A DNA stretch of 64,000 bases from a virus. Its lineage: Duplodnaviria; Caudoviricetes. This document shows, piece by piece, positions 17,740-27,771 of the stretch. The notes beneath the pieces are model-generated. The model did no database searches. It saw only the letters and a list, made by a program, of their open reading frames with translations, and was not told the DNA's origin. Positions within the stretch are counted from its first letter, which is position 1; every line of letters starts with the position of its first letter. A program made the translations under genes and the position numbers. The DNA is taken from the IMG/VR virus record IMGVR_UViG_3300021124_000001; one strand, written 5' to 3'.

Positions 17740-17939
17740 ACGAAAAAGGTATAGTGATTCCTTATGAAGTGGCTGATGGTATTATTTTGGCTGGTTTGAT
17801 TGACCAACGTGCATACCTCACTGAAGAATTGCGAGCAAATGAGGAAGAACTCTCGTGGTTGCATCCTGAAGATATTGTCCGTAACAAGAAACTTATCAAG
17901 GCATTGACAAAGATTATCCATTACTATGGAGGTGAATGA
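17736..17939 (+). CDS. Hypothetical protein
   Basis: ATGA coupling. Confidence 0.55.
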   Translation: MNEKGIVIPYEVADGIILAGLIDQRAYLTEELRANEEELSWLHPEDIVRNKKLIKALTKIIHYYGGE

Positions 17940-18113
17940 TGAGTTCACTTGATGCTTTGAGAATTGTTTTTGGTCTTTCTTGTTTTATTGGTGCAACTGT
18001 CGGTTTGTATAATCAAGAATGGATGATGTCTTGTGCTTACTCTTTGTTCTATATTGCATTTGAGTTTGGTAATAAGATAGAAGAATAAATATTAAATTTG
18101 ATGGTGAACAACA

Positions 18114-18335
18114 ATGAAAGAACGTATTAAAGAAATTGCGTTGCAGGCTGGTGGTAGCCATTACCCTGATGTTGGTGGCGATCTATTACAGAAGTTTGCA
18201 GACCTATTGATTGATGAATGTATTAGAGCAATACAAGAAACACCTAATCATCATTGCTACACTAGTTTTGATATTGCACAATCTGATGGTACTAAGGCTG
18301 AATGTATTGAACACATTAAAAAAATTCTAATGTAA
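18114..18335 (+). CDS. Diverged MNERI family member 10
   Basis: MKERIKEIALQAG...QKFADLLIDEC; DNA blocks not conserved. Confidence 0.7.
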   Translation: MKERIKEIALQAGGSHYPDVGGDLLQKFADLLIDECIRAIQETPNHHCYTSFDIAQSDGTKAECIEHIKKILM

Positions 18336-18344
18336 GGAAATTAA

Positions 18345-18605
18345 ATGGATCGATTAACAGAACACGACTTACGTAATGTTAGATTTTTGATGTCATTGGG
18401 TAGTATTGGTCTGATGAGATTCATGCAACAAGCCAGCGAAGATGATATTCGTTATGCGAATGAGATTATGAGAATGTATAAAAGGGAAATGGAAGAGGCA
18501 GGCAGTAGGTTCACAGAAGATTCGTTCCTATCCCACAATCACAATGAGATTGAAGATTTTAGTGATGCAAAGTTGGTTCTGAAAAAGTTTATGTTAAACA
18601 AGTGA
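18345..18605 (+). CDS. Hypothetical protein
   Basis: AAGGA RBS. Confidence 0.6.
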   Translation: MDRLTEHDLRNVRFLMSLGSIGLMRFMQQASEDDIRYANEIMRMYKREMEEAGSRFTEDSFLSHNHNEIEDFSDAKLVLKKFMLNK

Positions 18606-18620
18606 TACGGAGATTATATT

Positions 18621-18938
18621 ATGACTGCAAGTGAAATTAAATTAGAATCTGATAAAGTAACGGCGGAGTTGTTTGCTGATGAAGTGGCCCGCCAATGGCT
18701 TAAGAGTTGCCTGAACACCTCTATTTGCACTATCACCTTCACCAAGAAAAATGGTGATGAGCGTGTTATGAAGTGCACACTGGACGAACAACATTTCCCA
18801 CCAATCCAAAAAGAAGCCGCAGAGGTCGGTGAAGTTCGTCAGAAATCCAAGGACGCCCTGGCCGTTTTTGACATCGAGGCTCAAGCATGGCGTTCATTCC
18901 GTTGGGATTCCATCAAACGATTTGAAATGGCGCTATGA
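18621..18938 (+). CDS. WYL_2/Sm-like SH3-barrel protein of T4-like phages
   Basis: ITFTKKNGDERVMKCTL...VFDIEAQAWRSFRWDSI. Confidence 0.8.
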   Translation: MTASEIKLESDKVTAELFADEVARQWLKSCLNTSICTITFTKKNGDERVMKCTLDEQHFPPIQKEAAEVGEVRQKSKDALAVFDIEAQAWRSFRWDSIKRFEMAL

Positions 18939-19085
18939 AAGATACCCTTGACATTGCACTGGTACTGTGTTACAATCTAGCCATACTTGCCGGCACTGCA
19001 TACCTTGTGGAATTCCACAATTGGTCAGGCTGGTGGTTCCTTATGACACTCTGCTTCATGGTAAGCATTAAAACGGACGATTAAA

Positions 19086-19919
19086 ATGAAATTTGCACTA
19101 TGCTCAGACCTCCATTTGGAGTTTGAAACACTTGAATTGAACAACACCGAAGGTGCTGATGTATTGGTGCTGTCCGGTGATATTTGCCTTGCTAAAGATT
19201 TGTGGCATAAAAATACTGAGCGCAGTGAAATCTGGATGAAATTCTTTACTCATTGCTCTGAACAATTCAAAGATGTGATTTACATTATGGGTAACCATGA
19301 GCATTATCATGGTGACTTTGCTAAATCATATAATCAATTAAAAGAAGCATTGGCTGAACTGCCTAACATTCATGTGATGGAAAAAGAATTCATTCACATT
19401 GGTGATGTGACCTTTATCGCAGGTACTCTTTGGACTGATATGAACAAAGAAGACCCTAGTACCTTGTTTGGTATCAAGGGTTACATGAATGATTATCGTA
19501 TCATTGAAGACTCTGCACGTCCTGTTCACTTCCGTGATTCTGATGGTAACTTCCACACTCGCACATCTAAGTTTAGTCCTGAACAGTCTGTTGAAGAACA
19601 CAAGGCCATGTTGAAAGTGATTGATGAAGTCACTAAAGATAATGTCACTGGAAAGTTTGTGGTTGTTGGACATCATGCACCATCTAAAATGTCCACTAAG
19701 CCAAAATATCAAGGTGATGTAATGGTCAATGGTGCATATAGTTCCGACTTGTCAGACTTTATCTTGGATCGTCCTATGATTAAAGTATGGACTCATGGCC
19801 ATACACATGATACGTTCGATTATATGATTGGTTCCACTCGTATTGTTTGCCGGCCGAGAGGATATGCAAACTATGAAGATGTTGCCGATACTTTTAAATT
19901 GCAGTATATTGAGGTTTGA
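19086..19919 (+). CDS. Calcineurin-like metallophosphoesterase
   Basis: DLHLE, GDI, GNHE, HHAP and HGHTH motifs. Confidence 0.92.
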   Translation: MKFALCSDLHLEFETLELNNTEGADVLVLSGDICLAKDLWHKNTERSEIWMKFFTHCSEQFKDVIYIMGNHEHYHGDFAKSYNQLKEALAELPNIHVMEKEFIHIGDVTFIAGTLWTDMNKEDPSTLFGIKGYMNDYRIIEDSARPVHFRDSDGNFHTRTSKFSPEQSVEEHKAMLKVIDEVTKDNVTGKFVVVGHHAPSKMSTKPKYQGDVMVNGAYSSDLSDFILDRPMIKVWTHGHTHDTFDYMIGSTRIVCRPRGYANYEDVADTFKLQYIEV

Positions 19920-19920
19920 T

Positions 19921-20355
19921 ATGGCCATCGAAAAAGCCAAACCATCTCGTGAAGAAATCAAGGAAAATGCTCAACTTCAAATGGAAGAAGACATTGCCAA
20001 TTGGAAAAAACTATACAATGAACATATCGATAAAGATATGTTGGATGAAGATGGTTATCCGACAGATGATGCATTGATTATTATTGAGAATTGGTATTGG
20101 AATGATCCAAAAGGTTGGTTTGAGTTTATCAAATCACTTTGGCATCTGAGTTCATGGGGTTGGGGTGAGGGTGAAGAACCACACGACTGGCGGAAAGATG
20201 AAATGTGTTATCGCTATCACATCTCCACTGCCGGTTGGTCTGGCAATGAAGCAATCATACATGCAATGCAAAAGAATGATTGGATGTGGCATCTTAATTG
20301 GGTACAATCACGCCGTGGTGGCCACTATATTTTTGAATTGAAAGAAATTACATGA
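19921..20355 (+). CDS. Hypothetical protein
   Basis: GAGG RBS; STAGWSGNE motif. Confidence 0.6.
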   Translation: MAIEKAKPSREEIKENAQLQMEEDIANWKKLYNEHIDKDMLDEDGYPTDDALIIIENWYWNDPKGWFEFIKSLWHLSSWGWGEGEEPHDWRKDEMCYRYHISTAGWSGNEAIIHAMQKNDWMWHLNWVQSRRGGHYIFELKEIT

Positions 20356-21053
20356 AAGTCTACATCTCAAACTATCGTAATCATTGGTTAAGCCCATACA
20401 CTATTCTAAAGAATGTGTGTTTTTGGGAAAAAGATCATGACGTATTCTATGACCTTGAAGAAAAAGGTAGCAAGTATACCAAATGGGTAAACTTTCTTAA
20501 TCCAATTTGCCAAGCATGGCAGAAGTTCTTAGACATCGTGCACCCAAGAATCAATTATGTGAAGATTGACAACTACGACACATGGAACATGGACGGCACA
20601 TTGACACCAATCATTCTACCGATGTTGAAGCAATTGAAGGCAACTAAACATGGTTCTGCTCCTGTTGATATGGAAGATGTTCCAGAATCAATGAGAACGA
20701 TTGACCATGAAGAATATGAAGATCAAAAATCTTTTGACTTCTACCATGATCCAGATTTACAAAAGGTTCAATGTGATATTCACGACCGTTGGGATTGGGT
20801 CTTGGATGAAATGATTTTTGCGTTCGAACACCTTGCTGATGATTCATGGCAAGATGCTTACCGTAGTGGTGTTATGGATTGGGGAAGCAAAGCGTGTGAA
20901 TGGAACGAAAATGGCAAAGCAACCATGTTCCAAATGGTTGAAGGTCCAAACCATACATATAAATGTGACTATGATGGAATGAAAGTAGTTGAAGACCGTA
21001 TTAATAATGGTTTGAGACTTTTTGGCCGGTATTTTAGAGGATTGTGGGACTAA
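20352..21053 (+). CDS. Conserved phage hypothetical protein
   Basis: Long ORF, ends GLRLFGRYFRGLWD. Confidence 0.7.
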   Translation: MKVYISNYRNHWLSPYTILKNVCFWEKDHDVFYDLEEKGSKYTKWVNFLNPICQAWQKFLDIVHPRINYVKIDNYDTWNMDGTLTPIILPMLKQLKATKHGSAPVDMEDVPESMRTIDHEEYEDQKSFDFYHDPDLQKVQCDIHDRWDWVLDEMIFAFEHLADDSWQDAYRSGVMDWGSKACEWNENGKATMFQMVEGPNHTYKCDYDGMKVVEDRINNGLRLFGRYFRGLWD

Positions 21054-21054
21054 T

Positions 21055-21273
21055 ATGAACGAACGAATTAAAGAACTTGCTATAGAGGCTGGGATGATTG
21101 TAGGTGAGGCAAATGGATTTGACATGACACGGTTGATGCCCAGAGAAGTAAAGTTCGCCGAGTTGATTGTGAAGGAATGTGTGGGCATTTACAACAAACT
21201 TGATAATGGTAATCAACATCTTGGCACTGACGATTACTTGGAAGCATTACAAAAACATTTCGGAGTAAAGTAA
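21055..21273 (+). CDS. MNERI family member 11
   Basis: All three blocks; first 27 nt identical to member 1. Confidence 0.8.
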   Translation: MNERIKELAIEAGMIVGEANGFDMTRLMPREVKFAELIVKECVGIYNKLDNGNQHLGTDDYLEALQKHFGVK

Positions 21274-21470
21274 TGAATGCCGAACGAGTTACAAACAAGA
21301 GATTAAACCGTAATGGATGGTACTGGGCAGTAAAGTTTGCTGACCCAGCGGATGCTGATGACCTAATCGCAACTTTGCCATTGGGCACAAAAGGATACTA
21401 CCGGGCCAAGGGGCATACTGCTCGACCACATTGGGTTTTAGTTAAAAATACTTTCGGAGTTGAAGAATGA
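21273..21470 (+). CDS. Unrelated small protein ending in the FGVEE junction
   Basis: 3' end TTTCGGAGTTGAAGAATGA. Confidence 0.6.
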   Translation: MNAERVTNKRLNRNGWYWAVKFADPADADDLIATLPLGTKGYYRAKGHTARPHWVLVKNTFGVEE

Positions 21471-21688
21471 AATCTCTCTTTAAACAAACAAAGGTTGTGT
21501 ATGATGCACACATGCAAGAATATGTTGTATTCTATAAGAATTGGTTGTTTTGGAAACATGAATGGACATATAAAGTATCTGAGTATCTTCCTGATGAAAG
21601 AGCAAAAGAACTTGCTGTAACCAGAGCAAAGAATATGTTAGATACCGTTGAAGTGTATCGTAGTCCCAAACCAGTATATTATTGTTAA
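21467..21688 (+). CDS. Hypothetical protein
   Basis: Coupled at a junction repeat. Confidence 0.6.
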   Translation: MKSLFKQTKVVYDAHMQEYVVFYKNWLFWKHEWTYKVSEYLPDERAKELAVTRAKNMLDTVEVYRSPKPVYYC

Positions 21689-21697
21689 GGATAAAAA

Positions 21698-22102
21698 ATG
21701 ATTGAATGTCTAGTAATCGGTGACTCTATTGCCGTAGGTACTCACATGATGAGGCCCGAATGTGTTGCATATGCACAGACAGGTATCACCTCACATGGAT
21801 GGAACAAAAAGTTCGGCAATAAAGACCTGTCCGCAAATACCGTTATCATTAGCCTAAGCACAAATGACTTGACAAGTGCAGACACATATGGTACACTGAT
21901 GAACATTCGCACCAAAATCTTAGGTAACCCTAAAGTATTTTGGATTGAACCTAATCGTGAATCGAGGTTTGAGGCTGTTCAAATTGTTCGCCGTGTTGCA
22001 CATGAATTTGGTGATACTGTTTTAGTCAACACCAAATGGGCAAGAGACCACATTCATCCAACGACAACAGGTTATAGGGAACTTGCAAATAGCACAAAAT
22101 GA
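21698..22102 (+). CDS. Minimal SGNH/GDSL-like esterase
   Basis: GDSI, STND and DHIHP catalytic blocks. Confidence 0.75.
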   Translation: MIECLVIGDSIAVGTHMMRPECVAYAQTGITSHGWNKKFGNKDLSANTVIISLSTNDLTSADTYGTLMNIRTKILGNPKVFWIEPNRESRFEAVQIVRRVAHEFGDTVLVNTKWARDHIHPTTTGYRELANSTK

Positions 22103-22234
22103 CTGACCAGCAATTAGAAGAAATTGGCCGTGATTTAGTAAAGATGTTTGGTGACTCTTTACCTAATCCTGAACAAGAACCAATCAGGTTCAAATACTAC
22201 ATAAACTTGTTATTCTATATGAAAAGGAACGGCT

Positions 22235-22489
22235 ATGAGTAAAGAAGAAGATCGTATTAAGCATTCTAAACGCCTGCATCAAGAAGAAACAGCAATCAAA
22301 CATAACATGAAGGTTGCTAAAGCACATGGTGTTCCTGTTGACCAATATGAATCACATCGTTATGCTAAAGTCAATGCAGTTAACTGTGGTGATCCAAAAT
22401 GTGTATTGTGTATGAATCCTCGTAAGTCAATGGGTGAGAAAACAATTCAAGAACAACGATTTGAACAATCAGGATTATATGATGAGTGA
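22235..22489 (+). CDS. Small Cys-containing protein
   Basis: CGDPKCVLCMNPR. Confidence 0.6.
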   Translation: MSKEEDRIKHSKRLHQEETAIKHNMKVAKAHGVPVDQYESHRYAKVNAVNCGDPKCVLCMNPRKSMGEKTIQEQRFEQSGLYDE

Positions 22490-22682
22490 GGTTGACAAAC
22501 CCGATTGTGGTTGTTATAATTGTATGCACAAGAAGAAGGACAAGAATGGTTGGCCACTAACCATGTCTATCTTCATTGTGTGTCCTAATTGTGGCAATAA
22601 ACGTTGCCCTAAGGCAACAGACCACACATTAGAATGTACAAATAGTAATGAACCAGGACAAAAAGGAAGTCGTTATGGGTGA
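22479..22682 (+). CDS. Small Zn-binding protein
   Basis: CGCYNC...CPNCGNKRCPKATDH..C. Confidence 0.65.
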   Translation: MMSEVDKPDCGCYNCMHKKKDKNGWPLTMSIFIVCPNCGNKRCPKATDHTLECTNSNEPGQKGSRYG

Positions 22683-22699
22683 AAATAAGGTGACTGAAA

Positions 22700-23503
22700 T
22701 TGAGAAAAAACTTTGAATATTACAAACGTGATTACTGGTCATTCGGTATTGCTGTACGTAATCCTTATGAACGTGAGCACCATGAAAAGCCTTATTGCAC
22801 ATTTAATATTTGTTTGTTCAAGCATTCATGGTGGTGGAAAATTCCTGAGTTGTTCAAACCAAAAGAAAAGTGGATTGATACAACCAATATGTCATGGAAC
22901 AAAGACAAAGAAGGTCCATGTGGATTCATGGAAGAGATTCGTAAAGAATACGGATTCACATTTACACCTGATGGACTACACACCTATTATGGTATTCAAC
23001 CAGGTAATTGGACTCGTGATGATCCAGAAAATTCAGACCATTCAAAATTATTCAGTTATCCATGGCGCCTAGAGATTGTACGTCACGACCTATTGTATCC
23101 AGATGGTGATTTACTTTGGCGAAATAGTTATCCTAAAAAGAAAGATGATAAACACCTTCTCTGGTATGAGGTATTTGAGTGGCCTAGTGTTAAAGGGGAA
23201 CAGTCCGCAGAAGACTTGTTTGCTGAGTTTGTTGAAATAGACCACTGGACTAAAGATGGTGTAAACCAAAAAGCAAAGATTAGATTGACTGGTGAAGAAC
23301 GTGAATGGCGTCCAAAATGGACACGTTGGTTGCCAATATTCAAACACGTTCGAAGGGTCGTTGATTGTGATTCTGACACCGAACTTGGACCTCGTGCGGG
23401 TTCATGGAAAGGTGGCATGATGGGTTGGTCATGTGATTGGAAAGAGGATGAATCTATGAAAGATGCATTCAGACGTTGGTATAAAAATTGGGATGGGAAT
23501 TGA
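22700..23503 (+). CDS. Trp-rich hypothetical protein
   Basis: Long ORF; start uncertain. Confidence 0.65.
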   Translation: MRKNFEYYKRDYWSFGIAVRNPYEREHHEKPYCTFNICLFKHSWWWKIPELFKPKEKWIDTTNMSWNKDKEGPCGFMEEIRKEYGFTFTPDGLHTYYGIQPGNWTRDDPENSDHSKLFSYPWRLEIVRHDLLYPDGDLLWRNSYPKKKDDKHLLWYEVFEWPSVKGEQSAEDLFAEFVEIDHWTKDGVNQKAKIRLTGEEREWRPKWTRWLPIFKHVRRVVDCDSDTELGPRAGSWKGGMMGWSCDWKEDESMKDAFRRWYKNWDGN

Positions 23504-23504
23504 A

Positions 23505-24008
23505 ATGAGTTTATTATCTTATGCTGAGAGTGAATTGGACCTTATTGGTCTAACTGAAGAAGATGAATACAATAGAATGATGCGTAAGCATATTCTGCAT
23601 ATGATTAAAGAGTTTTCTGATGAAGGACATTCTGGTTTCTCTGCTCAATATGCAATTGATATTCTAAGCAAACTGTTGTCATTCAAACCATTGACACCGT
23701 TGACTGGCGAAGATGATGAATGGTGTGATGTTAGTGAATATAGTGGAACAACCACTTATCAAAATAAAAGATTGTCTTCCGTATTCAAAGAAGGTAAAGA
23801 CGGTGAAGCATACAACATTGACGGCAAGGTCTTTTGGGAATGGTATAAAGATGAAGATGGCAATGCTGTAAAAACATATTACACTAGCCGAGACTCAAGA
23901 GTTACTGTAACTTTCCCTTACACCGTACCTGATAAACCAATCTATGAGTATCGTCAATCGGATGCGGAACCAAAATCACCACCACAAAACGAACAGGGTT
24001 TTCTATAA
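23505..24008 (+). CDS. Conserved phage hypothetical protein
   Basis: GHSGFSA...PLTPLTGEDDEW motif. Confidence 0.7.
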   Translation: MSLLSYAESELDLIGLTEEDEYNRMMRKHILHMIKEFSDEGHSGFSAQYAIDILSKLLSFKPLTPLTGEDDEWCDVSEYSGTTTYQNKRLSSVFKEGKDGEAYNIDGKVFWEWYKDEDGNAVKTYYTSRDSRVTVTFPYTVPDKPIYEYRQSDAEPKSPPQNEQGFL

Positions 24009-24271
24009 TGCTTTCTATCTTTCACTATTGGTCGGCCAAAGAACGATTGGCTGAACACGAAAAGACCATCATGATGCTTGGTGGTGAATCTGAATGCCAA
24101 CCAATGATTCTTGCACAGCGGGATTTCATAAAAATGGAATTGGAATACTATCGCAAACCAGCAAAAATTTGGTCGATAATTTTATGCGTACTTCCAGTTA
24201 TTTTTATTTTTCTTGCACCATTTGGATATGGTGTAATAAGTAACATTGTGATGAATTGCTGCATCAAGTAA
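24008..24271 (+). CDS. Membrane protein whose 3' end overlaps the antisense endonuclease
   Basis: TAATG coupling; C-terminal hydrophobic segment. Confidence 0.55.
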   Translation: MLSIFHYWSAKERLAEHEKTIMMLGGESECQPMILAQRDFIKMELEYYRKPAKIWSIILCVLPVIFIFLAPFGYGVISNIVMNCCIK

Positions 24272-24778
24272 ACTTCCAAAAATAATGCCATTCGGATCAA
24301 TAACACCTTTTGCATTTGGATTTTTTGATGCCGTCAATCCATAACAAGGATTATTTACACCAGAAGTCCTAATCGATTGTAAGAGTTTTCTTTGAGTATT
24401 ATTTTCCCAGTGTGATTTTACAATTTTTTTAAGTTTAATTCTCACATCATTTCTACGGCATGGATTTTTGTCACCATATAATTTATTTTTTTCGGCAACA
24501 ACAATACCAGTTCCGCCATCACCCCCATCAGTACGATTTCTAAGTATACCAGTTTTTTTATCTTTTCTTCCCCACCAGCGGATATATCTGCGTTCAAGAG
24601 CAAAAGCACCAATTTCGGTAAGATTACCTTCCATAATAACGATTTTGGATTTATCTTTTGGTGGATGTATTACATCATTTTTTGTGTGTTTCCATGCTCT
24701 ATCTTCTTTACCTTTACCAATGTAATAAGGTGAACCGTTTTTACGGAGATAGGCATAGATGTAATAAATACTTGACAT
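24182..24778 (-). CDS. Free-standing GIY-YIG homing endonuclease
   Basis: YIYAY...PYYIGKG...R...E...[10 protein letters not shown]; antisense to the operon. Confidence 0.85.
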   Translation of the reverse strand: MSSIYYIYAYLRKNGSPYYIGKGKEDRAWKHTKNDVIHPPKDKSKIVIMEGNLTEIGAFALERRYIRWWGRKDKKTGILRNRTDGGDGGTGIVVAEKNKLYGDKNPCRRNDVRIKLKKIVKSHWENNTQRKLLQSIRTSGVNNPCYGLTASKNPNAKGVIDPNGIIFGSLLDAAIHHNVTYYTISKWCKKNKNNWKYA

Positions 24779-24855
24779 GTGCTGTGTCCTTATGTTAGAA
24801 TTTGACATAGAGTAGGTGGGAATTCCCAGTTCCGTGACCTACACCCTTATTTATA
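24779..24855 (-). promoter_or_regulatory. Late promoter plus two-hairpin leader, copy 3
   Basis: TATAAATA; GUAGGU-CAC-GGAA...UUCC-C-ACCUAC; CUAUGUC/GACACAG over the RBS. Confidence 0.8.
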
Positions 24856-25079
24856 TCATTTGAAAGGTAAATTATGATTAAAAGACCCGCAACTTACAAA
24901 ATGTCCAAGGCATTGAAATCATCTTTGCGCTTAGGCCGTTACAAAGACAAAGATCAACGTGCCGAATGGAAAAAAGCCATGGTCAATGCTGAGATTTATG
25001 CTAACTCAGTTGAACGTCACATCATGGGTAAGCCAGGTGGAAACGACTAAATATTTGTCCGTTATTTGAAAGGAAAATT

Positions 25080-25472
25080 ATGTCCCTATTTATAGAAGTC
25101 CATTCTCTTGAGAAGAATTGCAAAGTGATTATTAATCTTGAAACCGTTATGGAAATTGCACCGCTTGCTTCAGGTGGTTGTGCATTGTTCTTCCCTGATG
25201 CGGCTGCTGTTGGTGGTAAGACATCTATGAAGGTATCCGACTCTTATGCATTGTTCCATCAGTTTGTCCTTGAGACTGTTTCACCTGAAATGATTGCAAA
25301 GCGTATCGAAAGTATGCCTAAGCAACAATTGGAACAACATCCACGATTCATTTCTGATGCTGAGACTACTCCACGCCCACAAGTTGAACAGGAAGCCGCT
25401 AAAGCAGAACAGAAGCGTGGACCAGGCCGTCCAAAGTCAGTTATCGGCACAACCTCGTCATCCCTAGGTTAA
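25080..25472 (+). CDS. Hypothetical protein with AT-hook-like tail
   Basis: AAGGA RBS; KRGPGRPK. Confidence 0.65.
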   Translation: MSLFIEVHSLEKNCKVIINLETVMEIAPLASGGCALFFPDAAAVGGKTSMKVSDSYALFHQFVLETVSPEMIAKRIESMPKQQLEQHPRFISDAETTPRPQVEQEAAKAEQKRGPGRPKSVIGTTSSSLG

Positions 25473-25519
25473 AACGGGAATAAATACGGGGTAATAAGCA
25501 AATTATCCCGGAGTTTACA

Positions 25520-26983
25520 ATGACATTAAAGAGTTTTACTAAGTTTACCGCTAACCTAAACGAGGCGGCCAAACCTAAAAAAGCATCAAACCACGCAAAT
25601 TTCGACAAAAAAATCTTAATTATTGGCTATGGCTCAGTCGGACAAGCCATGTTGCCATTAGTTCTAAAGCACATCACCAATGATCCAAAGAAAGTTACTG
25701 TGATTGAGAAAGACAATCATGGTAAACTTTTCCGTAAGCGTAACGCAAATAATGGTGTAAAGTATGTAAAGAAAGAGATTCTACCAAACAATTTGGAAGC
25801 CACTCTTAAAGCATATACTGAGCCTGGCTCATTCATTATTGACGTTTCACTTAACATTGCCGCACATGCCATCATTGAATGGTGCTTACAGAATGATGTA
25901 ATGTATGTAAACACATCATTGGAACGCTGGGGGCACATGCAGGACGAGAAAATACCTAATATGGCTGATCGTACTCTGTACCACACTCACAAACACATCC
26001 GTGAGATTGCCGCTAAGTATCCTAATGGTCCTACAATTGTTGCTACCGGTGGTGCTAACCCTGGTCTTGTAACATATCTGACAAAAGCCGCACTATTAAA
26101 GATTGCTGAGAAAGCTGGTCGTAAGGTTGAGGCTCCAACTGATAAAGAAGGTTGGGCACAATTGATGAAGAAAATGGGTGTGGAAGTTGTACACATTGCT
26201 GAACGTGACACACAGGTTATTAATCAGCCTAAACTAAAAGATGAATTCACTAACACATGGTCTTGTGAGGGATTCTGGGCTGAAGGCCGTGCACCCGCTG
26301 AGATGGGTTATGGTACACATGAACCAAAAGAACTTGAGGGTGGTACAATTCAAGGCCATGCGGCATTCTTACATCAACCTGGTCTAACTGTATTGGTCAA
26401 GTCATGGGTGCCAAACGGTGGTCCATACAATGGTTTTTTGGTACAACACTCAGAAGCCATCACAATGTCTGAATACTTTGAGACTGCTGATGGTAAGTTC
26501 CGTCCTTCAGTTTATTACTGCTATCAACCAACTGATGCCGCTATTGCATCGGTGCATGAGTTGCGTGGTAAAGAATTGGATATGCAGAAAGAACACCGTA
26601 TCGTCAAAGATGAAATCGTTGGCGGTATGGATGAACTAGGTGTCCTATTGATTTGCAAGAATGGTAAATCATACTGGCACGGTTCACAGTTAGACATCAA
26701 GGAAGCACGTAGATTGATTCCTGGTGAGAATGCAACATCTTTACAGGTCGTTGCTACAATTCTTGGTGAAATGATGTGGGCTATTCAGAATCCACGCCGT
26801 GGCTATGTTGAGCCTGAATCATTACCACATGAGTTTGTGCTAGAACATGCATTACCTTATCTTGGTCCAGTTCCATTTGTGGAAACCACATGGCGCCCTG
26901 AAGAAGATAAGAATGAGTTGTTCAAGCGCCCATTTGACAAGAAACATCCAAACGCACTATCTAATTTTAGAGTCTGGTGCTAA
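25520..26983 (+). CDS. hss: Homospermidine synthase
   Basis: Rossmann IIGYGSVG; GANPGLV, HIAERDTQ, NTWSCEGF..EG, HSEA and NATSLQV motifs. Confidence 0.9.
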   Translation: MTLKSFTKFTANLNEAAKPKKASNHANFDKKILIIGYGSVGQAMLPLVLKHITNDPKKVTVIEKDNHGKLFRKRNANNGVKYVKKEILPNNLEATLKAYTEPGSFIIDVSLNIAAHAIIEWCLQNDVMYVNTSLERWGHMQDEKIPNMADRTLYHTHKHIREIAAKYPNGPTIVATGGANPGLVTYLTKAALLKIAEKAGRKVEAPTDKEGWAQLMKKMGVEVVHIAERDTQVINQPKLKDEFTNTWSCEGFWAEGRAPAEMGYGTHEPKELEGGTIQGHAAFLHQPGLTVLVKSWVPNGGPYNGFLVQHSEAITMSEYFETADGKFRPSVYYCYQPTDAAIASVHELRGKELDMQKEHRIVKDEIVGGMDELGVLLICKNGKSYWHGSQLDIKEARRLIPGENATSLQVVATILGEMMWAIQNPRRGYVEPESLPHEFVLEHALPYLGPVPFVETTWRPEEDKNELFKRPFDKKHPNALSNFRVWC

Positions 26984-26997
26984 ATTAAAAGGTTATT

Positions 26998-27297
26998 ATG
27001 AATCGAGTGAAAGATGTTTTTAACAACATCGGAAATTATATCGCACAGGATTACAGGTCAAACAGGATCAGATTCTTTTTAGAAATCTTTTCTTGGACCT
27101 GTAGTCTCATCAGTTCGATTATCTTTGCGGCCACGGTGCCGGATATTCCAGTTATTCCATTGTATTCCATCTTCATTGCTGGATGTTGTTCTACATTCTA
27201 CTGTGCATGGACTCGTGGATCTTTCGGATTAATGGTCAACTATGCACTACTCATCAGTATCGATGCATATGGGCTAGGGCGTTACCTGTTGAGTTGA
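26998..27297 (+). CDS. Small multi-pass membrane protein
   Basis: Three hydrophobic segments. Confidence 0.65.
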   Translation: MNRVKDVFNNIGNYIAQDYRSNRIRFFLEIFSWTCSLISSIIFAATVPDIPVIPLYSIFIAGCCSTFYCAWTRGSFGLMVNYALLISIDAYGLGRYLLS

Positions 27298-27451
27298 TAT
27301 GTGGAGACTGTGGGCATCGGCACTAGGCGAAAAAAGTGGCAAATCTGATGATGAATCCAATAAAATTGCTTGCATTCGTACCGTAATTGTGTTATCATCA
27401 GTTATGACCAACCTTTTTATTATAGCCGGAGTAATCCGACACTGGTGATAT

Positions 27452-27727
27452 ATGAATTCAAAAGAGAAAGAAATCCTCGACATTACGCAAGAAGAATGTG
27501 CAGAGGTAATTGTTGCTATCAGTAAGATTAACCGATTTGGTATAGACAACTTTAAACCTGGTAAACCTAAGACCAATCGAGAGCATCTAGCAGAAGAACT
27601 AGGTGACCTGCAAGCAATGATTGACCTATGCATTCAGTTTAATCTGGTAGGAAGTGAACAAGTAAGTATTGCAACAGACAACAAAATTGCTAAACTCAAG
27701 AAATGGTCTAACATTTTTTATGAATAA
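27452..27727 (+). CDS. MazG-like NTP pyrophosphohydrolase
   Basis: EECAE...EELGDL motifs. Confidence 0.8.
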   Translation: MNSKEKEILDITQEECAEVIVAISKINRFGIDNFKPGKPKTNREHLAEELGDLQAMIDLCIQFNLVGSEQVSIATDNKIAKLKKWSNIFYE

Positions 27728-27771
27728 TTTATGATTGGTAATTTTTATAAAACTTTGAAAGAGAATCAGAA

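Noticed and set aside
7584-21273. Diversity-generating retroelement or integron behind the MNERI family
   Set aside because: No reverse transcriptase or integrase in the window; variation is whole-segment replacement rather than adenine-specific; no attC-like palindromes
12199-27352. Additional hammerheads at other CTGATGA matches (about 12199, 16969, 17473, 18675, 21592, 27346)
   Set aside because: They lack the stem II-GAAA-stem III-UH arrangement and mostly lie in coding frames
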